DNA of 64,000 nt. Source: Candidatus Poribacteria bacterium (lineage in GTDB: Bacteria; Poribacteria; WGA-4E; WGA-3G). Where the stretch lies: positions 1 to 64,000 of the forward strand of contig CBDBFU010000005.1 in NCBI GenBank assembly GCA_965205025.1, read 5' to 3'. The notes beneath the pieces are model-generated. The model was not told the origin of the DNA. It was given only the letters and a program-made list of their open reading frames with translations, and did not search any database. Below are positions 19,814 through 29,724 of this stretch, one piece after another; position 1 is the first letter of the stretch, and every line of letters begins with the position of its first letter. The position numbers were made by a program, and so were the translations under genes.

Positions 19814-22309
19814 ATGAAACTGCAAAGAACTCTTTCACTGTTATTTACAGTGTTATGTTTACTAATATGGACTTTACCGATTCAGCATTCATTTGCCCAA
19901 GAAAACAAAGATAAAAACATCAAAAAAGGACTCATCCCTTTTGACTATATGGATGAACTTGAAGCACAAGTTGAGGTTAATCTAACCGATAAACTCATCA
20001 ATCTGGTTACTAAATCCGTGAATTCAAAACCAGAAGTGGTAGAATTAATTAAAATGATTGAAGGCATCTATTTACGTACCTATGGGGAGTACGGTGTCGC
20101 TGAATCAGGAATGATTAAATATTATAGAGATAAACTAAAGGCAAATAAATGGGAAACTCTTGTAAAAATTAATGACCGTGAAAACAAAAGAGATCAAGCC
20201 GAAATAGTTGAAATCAGTTTGTTATATGATGAAGATGTTGCTTATGGTATCTTTGTAATCTTTGCTACTAAAAATCCTGATGAGGTGACTTTTATCAATA
20301 TCATTGGTCGAATTGCACCAGATAGAATTACAGAACTACTTGGAAATCTAAGCAATTTTGGTATGGCAGATATTGATCTGAAAGGAACACTTAAGACAAG
20401 TGTAGAACTTAACCCAAATCGGGGTACAATACAAAGAGAACTACTTGGAGTCAAGACTGAAAAACCACCAGTTATTGATGGTGACTTGGGAGATATGTGC
20501 TGGAAAACTGCCCCAATAGCAGATAAATTCACACATGTAATTACCGAACAAATTGTCAAAGATCAAACTGAAGCAAAACTGGTTTATACAGACAAATCAA
20601 TCTACATTGCATGGTACATCCACGAGTCACAACCAAATAAGACTATTGTTCTCCAACCAAACGATCAGACACCTTTTAAGGATGAGGATTCAGTCTGTTT
20701 TACTATTGACCCCTTCCATACACACAAATCCACACAACGAACACTGTTTATGGTAAACCGAAATGGAAACAGGAATCTTCAGTTTGGTACACGCCGGACA
20801 AAAGATGACGAAAGAATGAAGCAATGGAATGTGGCGATTAAGTTTGTCAAAGATGGATGGATTGTTGAGATGGAAATTCCATGGAAAATTCTGGATTATC
20901 CTGAAAGCTCTGAACCAATCCTCATGGGGATCAACTTTGAAAGAAAACACAAAAGAACGGGGGAACATTCTTGGTGGTCAAACATTGGGGATGAAAAGAA
21001 TTACCAACAAGATGGTAACTGGAAACAAATTATACCACCATCCAAATTCTCATTAATGCAGGGGATGTTAGATGCATTAGAAAAAGACAAACACAGTGTC
21101 CCTCTTGTTCTCGCTAAAGAGAAGAATGTATCAAAAACAAACAGAGATTTCCTCCGTTTTGTTAATACCAGCGGATTAAATCCTGTAGATGGGATTCGAC
21201 TCGGTGGTGGATTTGAAATTGGTTCACGTTGGAATTCTGATCCATACTTCTTTGATCGTTCTGGTGAAACTATACACCGGAATGTAAATATAGGTACAAT
21301 CCCAATTGATATAAATGATGATTTCAGTATGAGATCCCAATTAGGACTTAAACCTTTCCTATATGGTAGTATGAGTTTTGCTACTCGAGCAGAAACTCCT
21401 AATTATCGGCTTGGTGGTGGTATCACATTAGGTAAGAAAGCAAATATAACATATAGTACTCAAATTCATAGGTTAACATCTGCAAGGGACAGAGACCTTC
21501 TGTTAAGCGGAAGTGAGCAATTCTTAAGAGCATTCATTGATGCAGACTTTCATGATTATTATACCAGACAAGGAGGAGTGATGGCACTTCAATGGCAGAA
21601 CACTACATTGAAGCATACTCTTGGACTAACACTACTCTTAGAAGAACATGAAAGCATCTTCAGCGATAGCTCTTCTTACTTCAGAATCGGGACTTCAAGT
21701 TATCACTTAGATACAAGTACCAGAGCAAATTCTCTAATATATGATGGCAATATGCACAGCCTATCCTTAAAATACGATTTTGATACACGGGAAGATACTA
21801 AAGTTAGATACGACTTGAGAAACCGAGCGAACAATAACGAGTGGTATAACACATTTCTTATTGAACACTCAAATTCTGAAATCGGTTCTACCTATGATTT
21901 TACACGTTTTATTATACATCTTCGGAATTACCATCCTATCGGTGAAAACCGGATTGATACCCGACTGAAAATCGGTATTGCTGCTACAGAATTTTCGTTG
22001 CCTTTCCAACGTCAATTTGTGCTTGGTGGAACTGGGACATTACGCGGATATTCACTCTATGAATTTGTAGGCAACCACGGATTTCTTTTTAATCTGGAGT
22101 ATTTGCATAGTTTAAAAGGCGGATTATTCATAGTGCCTTTTGTAGACATAGGGCAAGTGTGGGAGAATTTGGAAGACATAAAAAATGTTCATCCAATGGT
22201 TAACCTCGGAATCGGTTTCCAATGGCATATCTTTAGATTGAATTTCGCAAGATCCCTTGAAAAAGAACGTGGATACCAAGCCAACTTTAAATGGTCCCGC
22301 ACATTCTAA
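19814..22309 (+). CDS. Exported multidomain protein: DUF4252-like + CBM9-like + Omp85/BamA-type surface-antigen barrel
   Basis: Signal peptide after AGGAG RBS; DUF4252-like segment; PPVIDGDLGD..W and WIVEMEIPW (CBM9-like); FVLGGTGTLRGY, PFVDIGQVW and terminal Phe (Omp85-like). Confidence 0.7.
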   Translation: MKLQRTLSLLFTVLCLLIWTLPIQHSFAQENKDKNIKKGLIPFDYMDELEAQVEVNLTDKLINLVTKSVNSKPEVVELIKMIEGIYLRTYGEYGVAESGMIKYYRDKLKANKWETLVKINDRENKRDQAEIVEISLLYDEDVAYGIFVIFATKNPDEVTFINIIGRIAPDRITELLGNLSNFGMADIDLKGTLKTSVELNPNRGTIQRELLGVKTEKPPVIDGDLGDMCWKTAPIADKFTHVITEQIVKDQTEAKLVYTDKSIYIAWYIHESQPNKTIVLQPNDQTPFKDEDSVCFTIDPFHTHKSTQRTLFMVNRNGNRNLQFGTRRTKDDERMKQWNVAIKFVKDGWIVEMEIPWKILDYPESSEPILMGINFERKHKRTGEHSWWSNIGDEKNYQQDGNWKQIIPPSKFSLMQGMLDALEKDKHSVPLVLAKEKNVSKTNRDFLRFVNTSGLNPVDGIRLGGGFEIGSRWNSDPYFFDRSGETIHRNVNIGTIPIDINDDFSMRSQLGLKPFLYGSMSFATRAETPNYRLGGGITLGKKANITYSTQIHRLTSARDRDLLLSGSEQFLRAFIDADFHDYYTRQGGVMALQWQNTTLKHTLGLTLLLEEHESIFSDSSSYFRIGTSSYHLDTSTRANSLIYDGNMHSLSLKYDFDTREDTKVRYDLRNRANNNEWYNTFLIEHSNSEIGSTYDFTRFIIHLRNYHPIGENRIDTRLKIGIAATEFSLPFQRQFVLGGTGTLRGYSLYEFVGNHGFLFNLEYLHSLKGGLFIVPFVDIGQVWENLEDIKNVHPMVNLGIGFQWHIFRLNFARSLEKERGYQANFKWSRTF

Positions 22310-22337
22310 TCTAAAAATAATATTTAAGGAGAGTCTA

Positions 22338-22892
22338 ATGAGAAAATCAAATCAGTTTTTAAGCTTTACTATAATCACCTTTCTACTCACATTATCTTAT
22401 TTGATCGGTTGTAGCGAAGAGGATCGTGAGTTGATGTTCCCTGATACTGATATTCCTGAAAGTGTAACCGTTACGGTTGAGGATGTCCCTGAGGGGACAG
22501 TATTTAATCTTGATATTTCTACAGACTTCAGTGAATATAAAGACAATTTGGGTGGTATAGTCATAAAATACAATTACAATGAGAAATATTCTGTTTCCAA
22601 GAACTTCAGCAAGACATTTCCGTTAGAAGCCGAAGAACCCGCCATTGCTGTCGCTCTATTATGCACTCACGTTGGTTCCGCAAGTAAAAACGATCTTGAT
22701 ACAATTCGTCTGATTGTTCGATTTAACGGAGAAGGGGATTTCGATAAAGGAAATCACAATGAAATTCACCCGTTTGAAGTTGGCACAACAATAAACGTGC
22801 TAAGTACTTTTAGTCGATACGAAGGTACATCTCAGTCTGTCAGCCGTTTTACTAACAATAATACACCACCTCCTATTAGGTCTACCAATTAG
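22338..22892 (+). CDS. Putative lipoprotein
   Basis: AAGGAG RBS; signal peptide ending in lipobox LIG-C. Confidence 0.7.
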   Translation: MRKSNQFLSFTIITFLLTLSYLIGCSEEDRELMFPDTDIPESVTVTVEDVPEGTVFNLDISTDFSEYKDNLGGIVIKYNYNEKYSVSKNFSKTFPLEAEEPAIAVALLCTHVGSASKNDLDTIRLIVRFNGEGDFDKGNHNEIHPFEVGTTINVLSTFSRYEGTSQSVSRFTNNNTPPPIRSTN

Positions 22893-23137
22893 GTAAGTTA
22901 TTGTATTTTTAAAAGTACTTGTCCCAAACTGTAACATGAGATGATATAAGAATACAATGTAGGTAAACGTAATGAAATTGATGCCAAATGCCATACGTGC
23001 ATTCGGCATCAATTTGTTGCAATAGGAGCAACTTCCTGGTCTCGATATCATTTATTGATACATATAATTTAGGATCGACAGTCTACTTAGTTCTCCAGTA
23101 TGCTATAATGTTTGAAATATCAAAAGGAGAACACAAT

Positions 23138-23920
23138 ATGAAACCAACAATCATGATTCTCGGTACTTATCACATGGATAACCCAGGCGCGGATACTGTC
23201 AACTTTGAAGCAGATGATGTGTTATCGTCTATAAGGCAGCGTGAACTTCAACAACTTATTAAACAACTTGCACGATTTAATCCCACCAAGATAGCCGTTG
23301 AAGCAGATACCAGTCTTGACGATGAAATCAACGCATTATACCAAGATTATTTAAATGGTGAATACCAACCTACGAGAAGTGAAGGTGACCAAGTCAGTTT
23401 TCCTCTCGCACAAAAGATGCAACATCCGAAAATTTATTGTGTTGACTGGTTTCAGAGAGAAGACGAGGATAAAACAGTGCATGTTGAAGTTTTTGCGAAT
23501 ACTCATAACCAAAAAGGACTATTGGATAAAGCCAACGAGATGGTTCAATCAATGGCACAAGAACCACTTACTACCCTTACGGAGATCCAAAAAAATGGGA
23601 GTGTTATTGACATGTTCCGTTTTCTCAATCAGAAAAAGACTATACGGGTTTTACATGAGATTAACACCATACCACAATTCACACTCGCACAAATCGGTGA
23701 CGCAGACCAATATGTCGGACTGGACTGGTTAATGGGATGGTACGAAAGAAATCTCAAAATCTTTGTTAACTTGACCCGTATTACTAAATCTTCGGATGAC
23801 CGAATTTTGTTGATGATTGGAGCTGGTCATGTTTATCTTGTGCAGCAGTTTCTTGAGGATTCAGGAGATTACAACCTTGAAAGTTCACTAAAATATCTAA
23901 AATCGGAGAGTAGTAATTGA
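23138..23920 (+). CDS. DUF5694-like protein
   Basis: ILGTYHMDNPG, FNPTKIAVE, WYERNLKIF.N, RILLMIGAGH; AAAGGAG RBS. Confidence 0.7.
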   Translation: MKPTIMILGTYHMDNPGADTVNFEADDVLSSIRQRELQQLIKQLARFNPTKIAVEADTSLDDEINALYQDYLNGEYQPTRSEGDQVSFPLAQKMQHPKIYCVDWFQREDEDKTVHVEVFANTHNQKGLLDKANEMVQSMAQEPLTTLTEIQKNGSVIDMFRFLNQKKTIRVLHEINTIPQFTLAQIGDADQYVGLDWLMGWYERNLKIFVNLTRITKSSDDRILLMIGAGHVYLVQQFLEDSGDYNLESSLKYLKSESSN

Positions 23921-24083
23921 TAAAGAATTCACACATCAATTTGAAACACTCCAATCAAAACTAAACGAACCCTATGATTTAGCAGTTCGGTATTATCATT
24001 AATTTAATCTGATAATTTCATTTTTTTAAACCATCATCTACTTAATCCCTCTCTTAAGCTTAAATCTAATAGGAAATCTATAT

Positions 24084-25289
24084 ATGCATTCCGATTTAGA
24101 AGCGAACACAGAACTAACAGATGAAGAACTCATACGACTTACACAAGACGGGGATGAGTCAGCATTAAAAGAACTAATGTCACGCTTTAGTCCGCATATA
24201 TGGAAAGGGATTCTCGCAAATTCAAGATCACGTTGTGATGCTGAAGAGATACTTATGGATGTTTGGAGGTCTGTTTGGGAAAACATCAAGGGATTACATA
24301 ATCCTGGGAGTCTTAGGGCATGGCTCAGTGTCATTGCTTACAATGCCTGTAAAAGGTACTATAATTCTCGTAAATATTCAAACCATGTCATATTGTGTTC
24401 TGATGTGTTTTTATTAGAAAGAATTAATCAAGACTCCATTACATATTTCAACAAAACAGAACTCCTCCAAGCTATAACTGAAGCAGTACATCAACTACCG
24501 GATAAATTACTACCTATAGCAGAATTATATTATTTGGAACAGTGGAGTATTAAAGAAATCCACAAGGAACTTGGATTAGCAATTGGAACAATCAAGACAA
24601 GATTAAGACAGACACGTGAACTGCTACGGAAAGAGTTCGGTGTCGAACCTAATATAGGGGGAACTATGTTACATAAGCAAGATGAACCTAATCAGATACA
24701 AACAAAAACAAAGGTGATTGGTGTCGGTGCTGCTGGCAGTAATGCAGTCCAACGGATGGAAGAAGTAGGTATGACAAATCTTGAATCCTACGTTGTAAAT
24801 ACTGATCACCAAGTACTTGAAAAGTGCAAATATGGAATACAAATACCAATAGGTGAAAAAACCACTGAAGGACTTGGTTGTAAAGCAAATCCAGAGATTG
24901 GTAAATTGGCTGCAGAAGAGAATATTGAGACTTTGCAAAAAATTGTTGAGAAAACAGAAATAGTATTCATTATTGCAGGGATGGGAGGTGGAACAGGTAC
25001 AGGTGTAGCACCAGTGATTGCCTCTCTATCACAAAAGCAAGGAGCAATCACAGTTGGAGTTGTCACATATCCATTTGATTTTGAAGGAGAATCGTTTCAC
25101 CTACGAGCACAAAAAGGACTTGAAGATTTACGCAAATATACAGATGCAGTTGTTGTAATCCAAAACCAAAGTCTTATCAAGGCTGTGTCTCGTCAAATGA
25201 ATATACGTGAAGCATTCAGTCTCAGTGATAAGGCGATTCTGCATGGTGTAGAATGTTTATCCGGTCTTTACTCCAACATCATGCAGTAA
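24084..25289 (+). CDS. ECF sigma factor fused to a truncated FtsZ GTPase domain
   Basis: Residues ~1-185 show sigma regions 2 and 4 (DAEEILMDVW; SIKEIHKELGLAIGTIKTRL). Residues ~205-401 are FtsZ-like (KVIGVGAAGSNAV, NTD, AGMGGGTGTG, PFDFEG). Confidence 0.9.
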   Translation: MHSDLEANTELTDEELIRLTQDGDESALKELMSRFSPHIWKGILANSRSRCDAEEILMDVWRSVWENIKGLHNPGSLRAWLSVIAYNACKRYYNSRKYSNHVILCSDVFLLERINQDSITYFNKTELLQAITEAVHQLPDKLLPIAELYYLEQWSIKEIHKELGLAIGTIKTRLRQTRELLRKEFGVEPNIGGTMLHKQDEPNQIQTKTKVIGVGAAGSNAVQRMEEVGMTNLESYVVNTDHQVLEKCKYGIQIPIGEKTTEGLGCKANPEIGKLAAEENIETLQKIVEKTEIVFIIAGMGGGTGTGVAPVIASLSQKQGAITVGVVTYPFDFEGESFHLRAQKGLEDLRKYTDAVVVIQNQSLIKAVSRQMNIREAFSLSDKAILHGVECLSGLYSNIMQ

Positions 25290-25317
25290 TAGAAAAAATT
25301 CACTACATTTTGAAAAA

Positions 25318-25391
25318 ATACCATTTCTAATAATTATTGTCTCTTTAATGCATAACAAATGTTGATGGATATTCATTGTTAGAAATGGTAT
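25318..25391. mobile_element. Short MITE-like element, ATACCATTTCT...AGAAATGGTAT family
   Basis: Terminal inverted repeats shared with copies at 34067, 34610, 53524, 58278 and 59382. Confidence 0.7.
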
Positions 25392-25518
25392 GATATCCTT
25401 ATTTTCAATTTGCTAAGCCTGAAATGTCAAGTTTCACAACAAATACCCCGGAATTTTTAGCTGATTGATACTTTTTGAAATAGACTATATATAAACATAG
25501 AGGTGAATCACTTTTTAA

Positions 25519-27537
25519 ATGAAACACAATATATATACTACGTTAATACTGATATTAGTATTATCAATCGCATTTCTCACATCTCTCCAAACTATACATG
25601 CCCAAGAAAACCTACAAACAATTAAGAAAGAACTCAAAGCAATAAAAATTGAAATCCCACCAACCATCGACGGCAACCTTAATGATACATGTTGGCAAAA
25701 TGTCCCTAAAGCTATCGGTTTCACCGATGAACGTACGGAAAAGCCAGCGAAAAATCAATCCGTTGGTCGCCTTGTTTATACAGACAAAGCCATCTACATT
25801 GGACTTCACCTCTACGATGATATGCCTGACAAAATTGTGGCACGTCAAACCAAAGATCAAACGCGAATTCGGGGGGAAGACTGGGTTTCTTTCAGTCTTG
25901 ATCCGTTTCATACACATCAGTTTTCTGACAGAAATTTCTTCATCGTAAATCCACTCGGAACCAAATTTGCACACCTTGCAACTGGACGGGCTGAGAAAAG
26001 CGAATGGATTGGGTTATGGAAAACTGCTGCAAAAATTGTAGATGATGGTTGGATTGTAGAGATCGAAATTCCATGGCAGATGTTAGATTACCCTGATACA
26101 ATTAAGCCTATTCGGATGGGGATTAACATTGATCGAGGGCAGCAGCGAACCGGAGAAAAATCGTGGTGGTGTAATTTGGGAGTTAATGAATTTCGTGAAA
26201 ATGACGGACATTGGGTTGATGTACTACCACCAAGACGAAAACGAGAACTGAAGTTGTTACCCTATCTAATTGGAGGTATAAACGAAATAAATACAGATGA
26301 ATCAACGGTAGATACATCTGAAGTTCAAAGAGAATATACAGCACGTGGCGGAGCGGATATACGTTATGAAGTAACACCACAGATACGGCTTATTGCTACT
26401 GCCAATCCAGATTTTGATAACATTGAACAAGCAGTTGAAGGTATAGATTTTTCTTACGGTGAACGCTACGTGCCTGACCGGCGTCCTTTCTTTTCCGAGG
26501 GCGGCAATGTCTACAATGTTGGTCGTTATTTCCACTCGCGACGGATAGAGGATATGGATGGGGGACTCAAACTTTTTGGGAAAATCGGGAAAAACACCTC
26601 TGTCGGTACTTTAGGCACTTACCACCGAAACAACCAAAATATTATCCTCCGAGCTTCACAATCGTTAACCGCAACATCCAATCTAAGTGCGGCCTTCCTG
26701 TCACACCATCAACGGGATGCTTCTGTAAACAACATCGGTTACTTGTCAGGTGATGTGCGACACGGTAGACTATCAGTGGGTACTACTCTCGTCCAAACTT
26801 GGGCAGACCAATCAGATGGAAGAAATGGGTTCATCAGTGTAGGCTATAACAGTTCACTCTTCCAACCCTACCTATCCGCATTTTTTGTTGATCCGGACTT
26901 TGTCAATAGACTTGGCTACCACCCGTTCACCGGCTACCGCGGAATAGGCTTGGGGACTTTCATTAGAAACGAATGGCGCGACGGACTCTTACGTAGAGCA
27001 TCCGTCTCTGTAGATAGTCAGATCTCTAATACTTATGAAGGTGAGATTTTCAGGCGTTTACTCAATGTATCTTCACTTATTATGACACATAGTGACTATG
27101 CACTTGCCGCTGGATGGAGGGGAGGACAATTTGAAGAATTCAACGATAGCGTTTTCAGCATTGGATTACGTGCGCGTGCTTCTGACAGGTTCAATAATGT
27201 CGGTATTACCTACAATTGGGGTGAACAGGCAGGTGTGACGATTCATCGCATCAGTGGAAATCTAAATCTCAGCGCTTACGGCTTCACTGCCGGATTGATT
27301 TCCCAAATCCAATGGCATTTTGAACGTCGCTACCAACAAATTCTTACTCTCACGTACGACTTCAGTCCTGCCTTAAGTCTCGGCAGCCGCTTAATCTGGC
27401 AAGCAGAACATATTAATGTCTATTTTGCTCTTCGCCGTTCTGGGTATGCAGGAATGGATTTCTTTATTATCCTTGGTGATCCAAATGCACTTGAGTTTAA
27501 ACAACGACTTGTAGCAAAAGTCATACGTGCCTTTTAA
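25519..27537 (+). CDS. CBM9-like / DUF5916 outer-membrane protein
   Basis: Signal peptide, PTIDGNLND..W, WIVEIEIPW, ATANPDF, DRRPFF.EG, terminal Phe. Confidence 0.8.
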   Translation: MKHNIYTTLILILVLSIAFLTSLQTIHAQENLQTIKKELKAIKIEIPPTIDGNLNDTCWQNVPKAIGFTDERTEKPAKNQSVGRLVYTDKAIYIGLHLYDDMPDKIVARQTKDQTRIRGEDWVSFSLDPFHTHQFSDRNFFIVNPLGTKFAHLATGRAEKSEWIGLWKTAAKIVDDGWIVEIEIPWQMLDYPDTIKPIRMGINIDRGQQRTGEKSWWCNLGVNEFRENDGHWVDVLPPRRKRELKLLPYLIGGINEINTDESTVDTSEVQREYTARGGADIRYEVTPQIRLIATANPDFDNIEQAVEGIDFSYGERYVPDRRPFFSEGGNVYNVGRYFHSRRIEDMDGGLKLFGKIGKNTSVGTLGTYHRNNQNIILRASQSLTATSNLSAAFLSHHQRDASVNNIGYLSGDVRHGRLSVGTTLVQTWADQSDGRNGFISVGYNSSLFQPYLSAFFVDPDFVNRLGYHPFTGYRGIGLGTFIRNEWRDGLLRRASVSVDSQISNTYEGEIFRRLLNVSSLIMTHSDYALAAGWRGGQFEEFNDSVFSIGLRARASDRFNNVGITYNWGEQAGVTIHRISGNLNLSAYGFTAGLISQIQWHFERRYQQILTLTYDFSPALSLGSRLIWQAEHINVYFALRRSGYAGMDFFIILGDPNALEFKQRLVAKVIRAF

Positions 27538-27607
27538 TTCGGATTTATTGTATTTCTAATACATACAATTATAGACGTTTATTATACAGACACTTCTAAC
27601 ACTAATG

Positions 27608-27642
27608 CGCGATCTTCTCGTATCTGAGATAGATCGCGTTTA
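27608..27642 (+). terminator. Putative terminator hairpin
   Basis: CGCGATCT...AGATCGCG followed by TTT, downstream of the 25519-27537 CDS. Confidence 0.5.
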
Positions 27643-27818
27643 TAATTTGATAAAGAGATTGAAAATTTAAATAACGAAATTATGTTTATACCACTGAATT
27701 TGGATAATTCTCTTTTTCGTAAAACATATAAAATATAATTGGAAATTTGCACGTTTTCTGATTAATATTTCGTCATGTTACATTAAAAGCATATCTTGTT
27801 TCGTCAGGAGGATGTGTC

Positions 27819-29537
27819 GTGGATAGAGAGAATGATGGTAAATTGATTAAGAAATTCTTATCAGGCGATGATTCTGCCTTTCAGATCTTGGTTGAAAAAT
27901 ATCAAGAAAGCATTCATACACTTGCTTGGCGGAAGATCCAAGATTATCACTATGCTGAAGAAATTATGCAAGACACTTTCCTGAGGGTATATAAAAAACT
28001 ACCATCACTTAAGAATCATAATCAATTTGCTGGGTGGGTTCATGTAATTGCAAATAGACTTTGTACAGACTGGGTACGAAAGTATAAACCAGAAATACAA
28101 TCCTTAGATGTCACAGATAAGGATGAAATTGAGATATCTTCCTTTAAACACCACATGACTCAACAACGTGAAATAGAGAGAACTGAATATTGTCAAAAAC
28201 TTGTAAATAAACTATTAGAAAAATTACCAGAAAAGGAACGACATGTATTAACCCTCTATTATCTCGATGACATGTCAACAAAAGAGATCAGTGAAACTAT
28301 AGGGGTATCAGTAAATACCATTACAAGCCGTCTTCAACGCGCACGAAAACGTCTACAAACAGATCAAGAAATCATCAATCAGGAATTCTTAGATTATTTC
28401 CCATTATCAGAAAAACTAAAGGAGAATATTATGAGTCAATTAGACCTAATTCGAAGCAAATTCGATTCATACATGGAACAGGTAAGAACTAATCCTACAT
28501 CAAGAGAGGAACTTCTAACAGAAACATTCAAAGAAATTGAGGATGCACTTAAGGGAGACATCACTCCTGAACTGGTACATCTTGTCGTTGATGATATATA
28601 CCCACATATGGGAAAACAAGGAATAGAAAAACGACTCTCACTTCTACAAGAGTTTTTGGATGACGCACCAGATAATAAAGAACGTTTTTGGGCACATCAA
28701 GAGTTAGCCTCAAGCCTCGCGTTTCTTGGGAGACACCGAGAATCAGTTGAAGAACAATTACAACTTTATCAATGGGCATGCAAAAACGACATTACAGATA
28801 AGGATGTATTACATATTTTCTGCTCTAATCTCGAGAATCCTGGTGCTTGGTCTGCAGAAGATCGAATTGATGAATGGATTCAATTATATAATGAGGCTTC
28901 GGAACGTTTAGAAAAACCTGAAGTAAGTTATTTTGACCGCTGCGAATTTCTACAAATCGGGGCAGAAGTGCTACGAGCTAATGGCAAATCTGATGAGGCA
29001 TTAATTGAACTTGAAAAGTTGGAAAAAACCAATACTAAACAGGATTGGAGACACTATTTCCGATTCTGGTTAATTGTGAAAACTAATCGATTACTAATCT
29101 ATAATAGACGAAATGAGTCGGAACGTTTTGATGAAATCATAACTGAACTCAAAGACTATATGGAAGGTGAGAATAAGAAATATGATGCGGGTCAACCAGT
29201 AAATATTGGTGATCTTAAATGGCTTTCTCACGACATTGGTTGTTGTCTGGTGTGGATAAATAAGTACAGTATAGCAAGAAGTTTTCTCCAGGTCGCTTGT
29301 GATTTGGGTGGTGAGAATCACTATGGACACTACCAGTTGGCAGTAAGTATTTGGGCATCAGATAAGAACCGTGAGAAGACTCTACACCACTTGAAGATTG
29401 CAGAGAACGACTACGCTGTAGCTTCCTATAATTTTCGAGATAGTTACTACTCATCTTTCGTTAATACACCCGAATTTTCGGATGTTAAGGATGATCCAGA
29501 GTTTCTGAAGGCACTGGGGCAGAAGCCAGTCGATTAG
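27819..29537 (+). CDS. ECF sigma factor with ~370 aa helical (TPR-like) C-terminal extension
   Basis: AEEIMQDTF, STKEISETIGVSVNTITSRLQRARKRL; helical C-terminus ending PEFSDVKDDPEF; AGGAGG RBS with GTG start. Confidence 0.88.
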   Translation: MDRENDGKLIKKFLSGDDSAFQILVEKYQESIHTLAWRKIQDYHYAEEIMQDTFLRVYKKLPSLKNHNQFAGWVHVIANRLCTDWVRKYKPEIQSLDVTDKDEIEISSFKHHMTQQREIERTEYCQKLVNKLLEKLPEKERHVLTLYYLDDMSTKEISETIGVSVNTITSRLQRARKRLQTDQEIINQEFLDYFPLSEKLKENIMSQLDLIRSKFDSYMEQVRTNPTSREELLTETFKEIEDALKGDITPELVHLVVDDIYPHMGKQGIEKRLSLLQEFLDDAPDNKERFWAHQELASSLAFLGRHRESVEEQLQLYQWACKNDITDKDVLHIFCSNLENPGAWSAEDRIDEWIQLYNEASERLEKPEVSYFDRCEFLQIGAEVLRANGKSDEALIELEKLEKTNTKQDWRHYFRFWLIVKTNRLLIYNRRNESERFDEIITELKDYMEGENKKYDAGQPVNIGDLKWLSHDIGCCLVWINKYSIARSFLQVACDLGGENHYGHYQLAVSIWASDKNREKTLHHLKIAENDYAVASYNFRDSYYSSFVNTPEFSDVKDDPEFLKALGQKPVD

Positions 29538-29549
29538 TTATTTTCTGTG

Positions 29550-29620
29550 GTAGGTTCGGTTTCCTAACCGAACCTATTCGAGTCCGTAGGTTGGTTTCGT
29601 TCTTGTTCTATCCAACCTAC
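29550..29620. repeat. GTAG-type REP hairpins
   Basis: GTAGGTTCGGTTTCCTAACCGAACC and GTAGGTTGG...CCAACCTAC. Related copies near 36512, 46341, 46410, 58002 and 58228. Confidence 0.8.
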
Positions 29621-29724
29621 GGGTTATTTTTTGCACCATGCGCGTTTTCTGATCAAAGTTTTCGTTTTTAAATATTGGAGAGTGTGAATCGTATTGTTAA
29701 TTTTACAAATGGGAGAAGGGTAGA

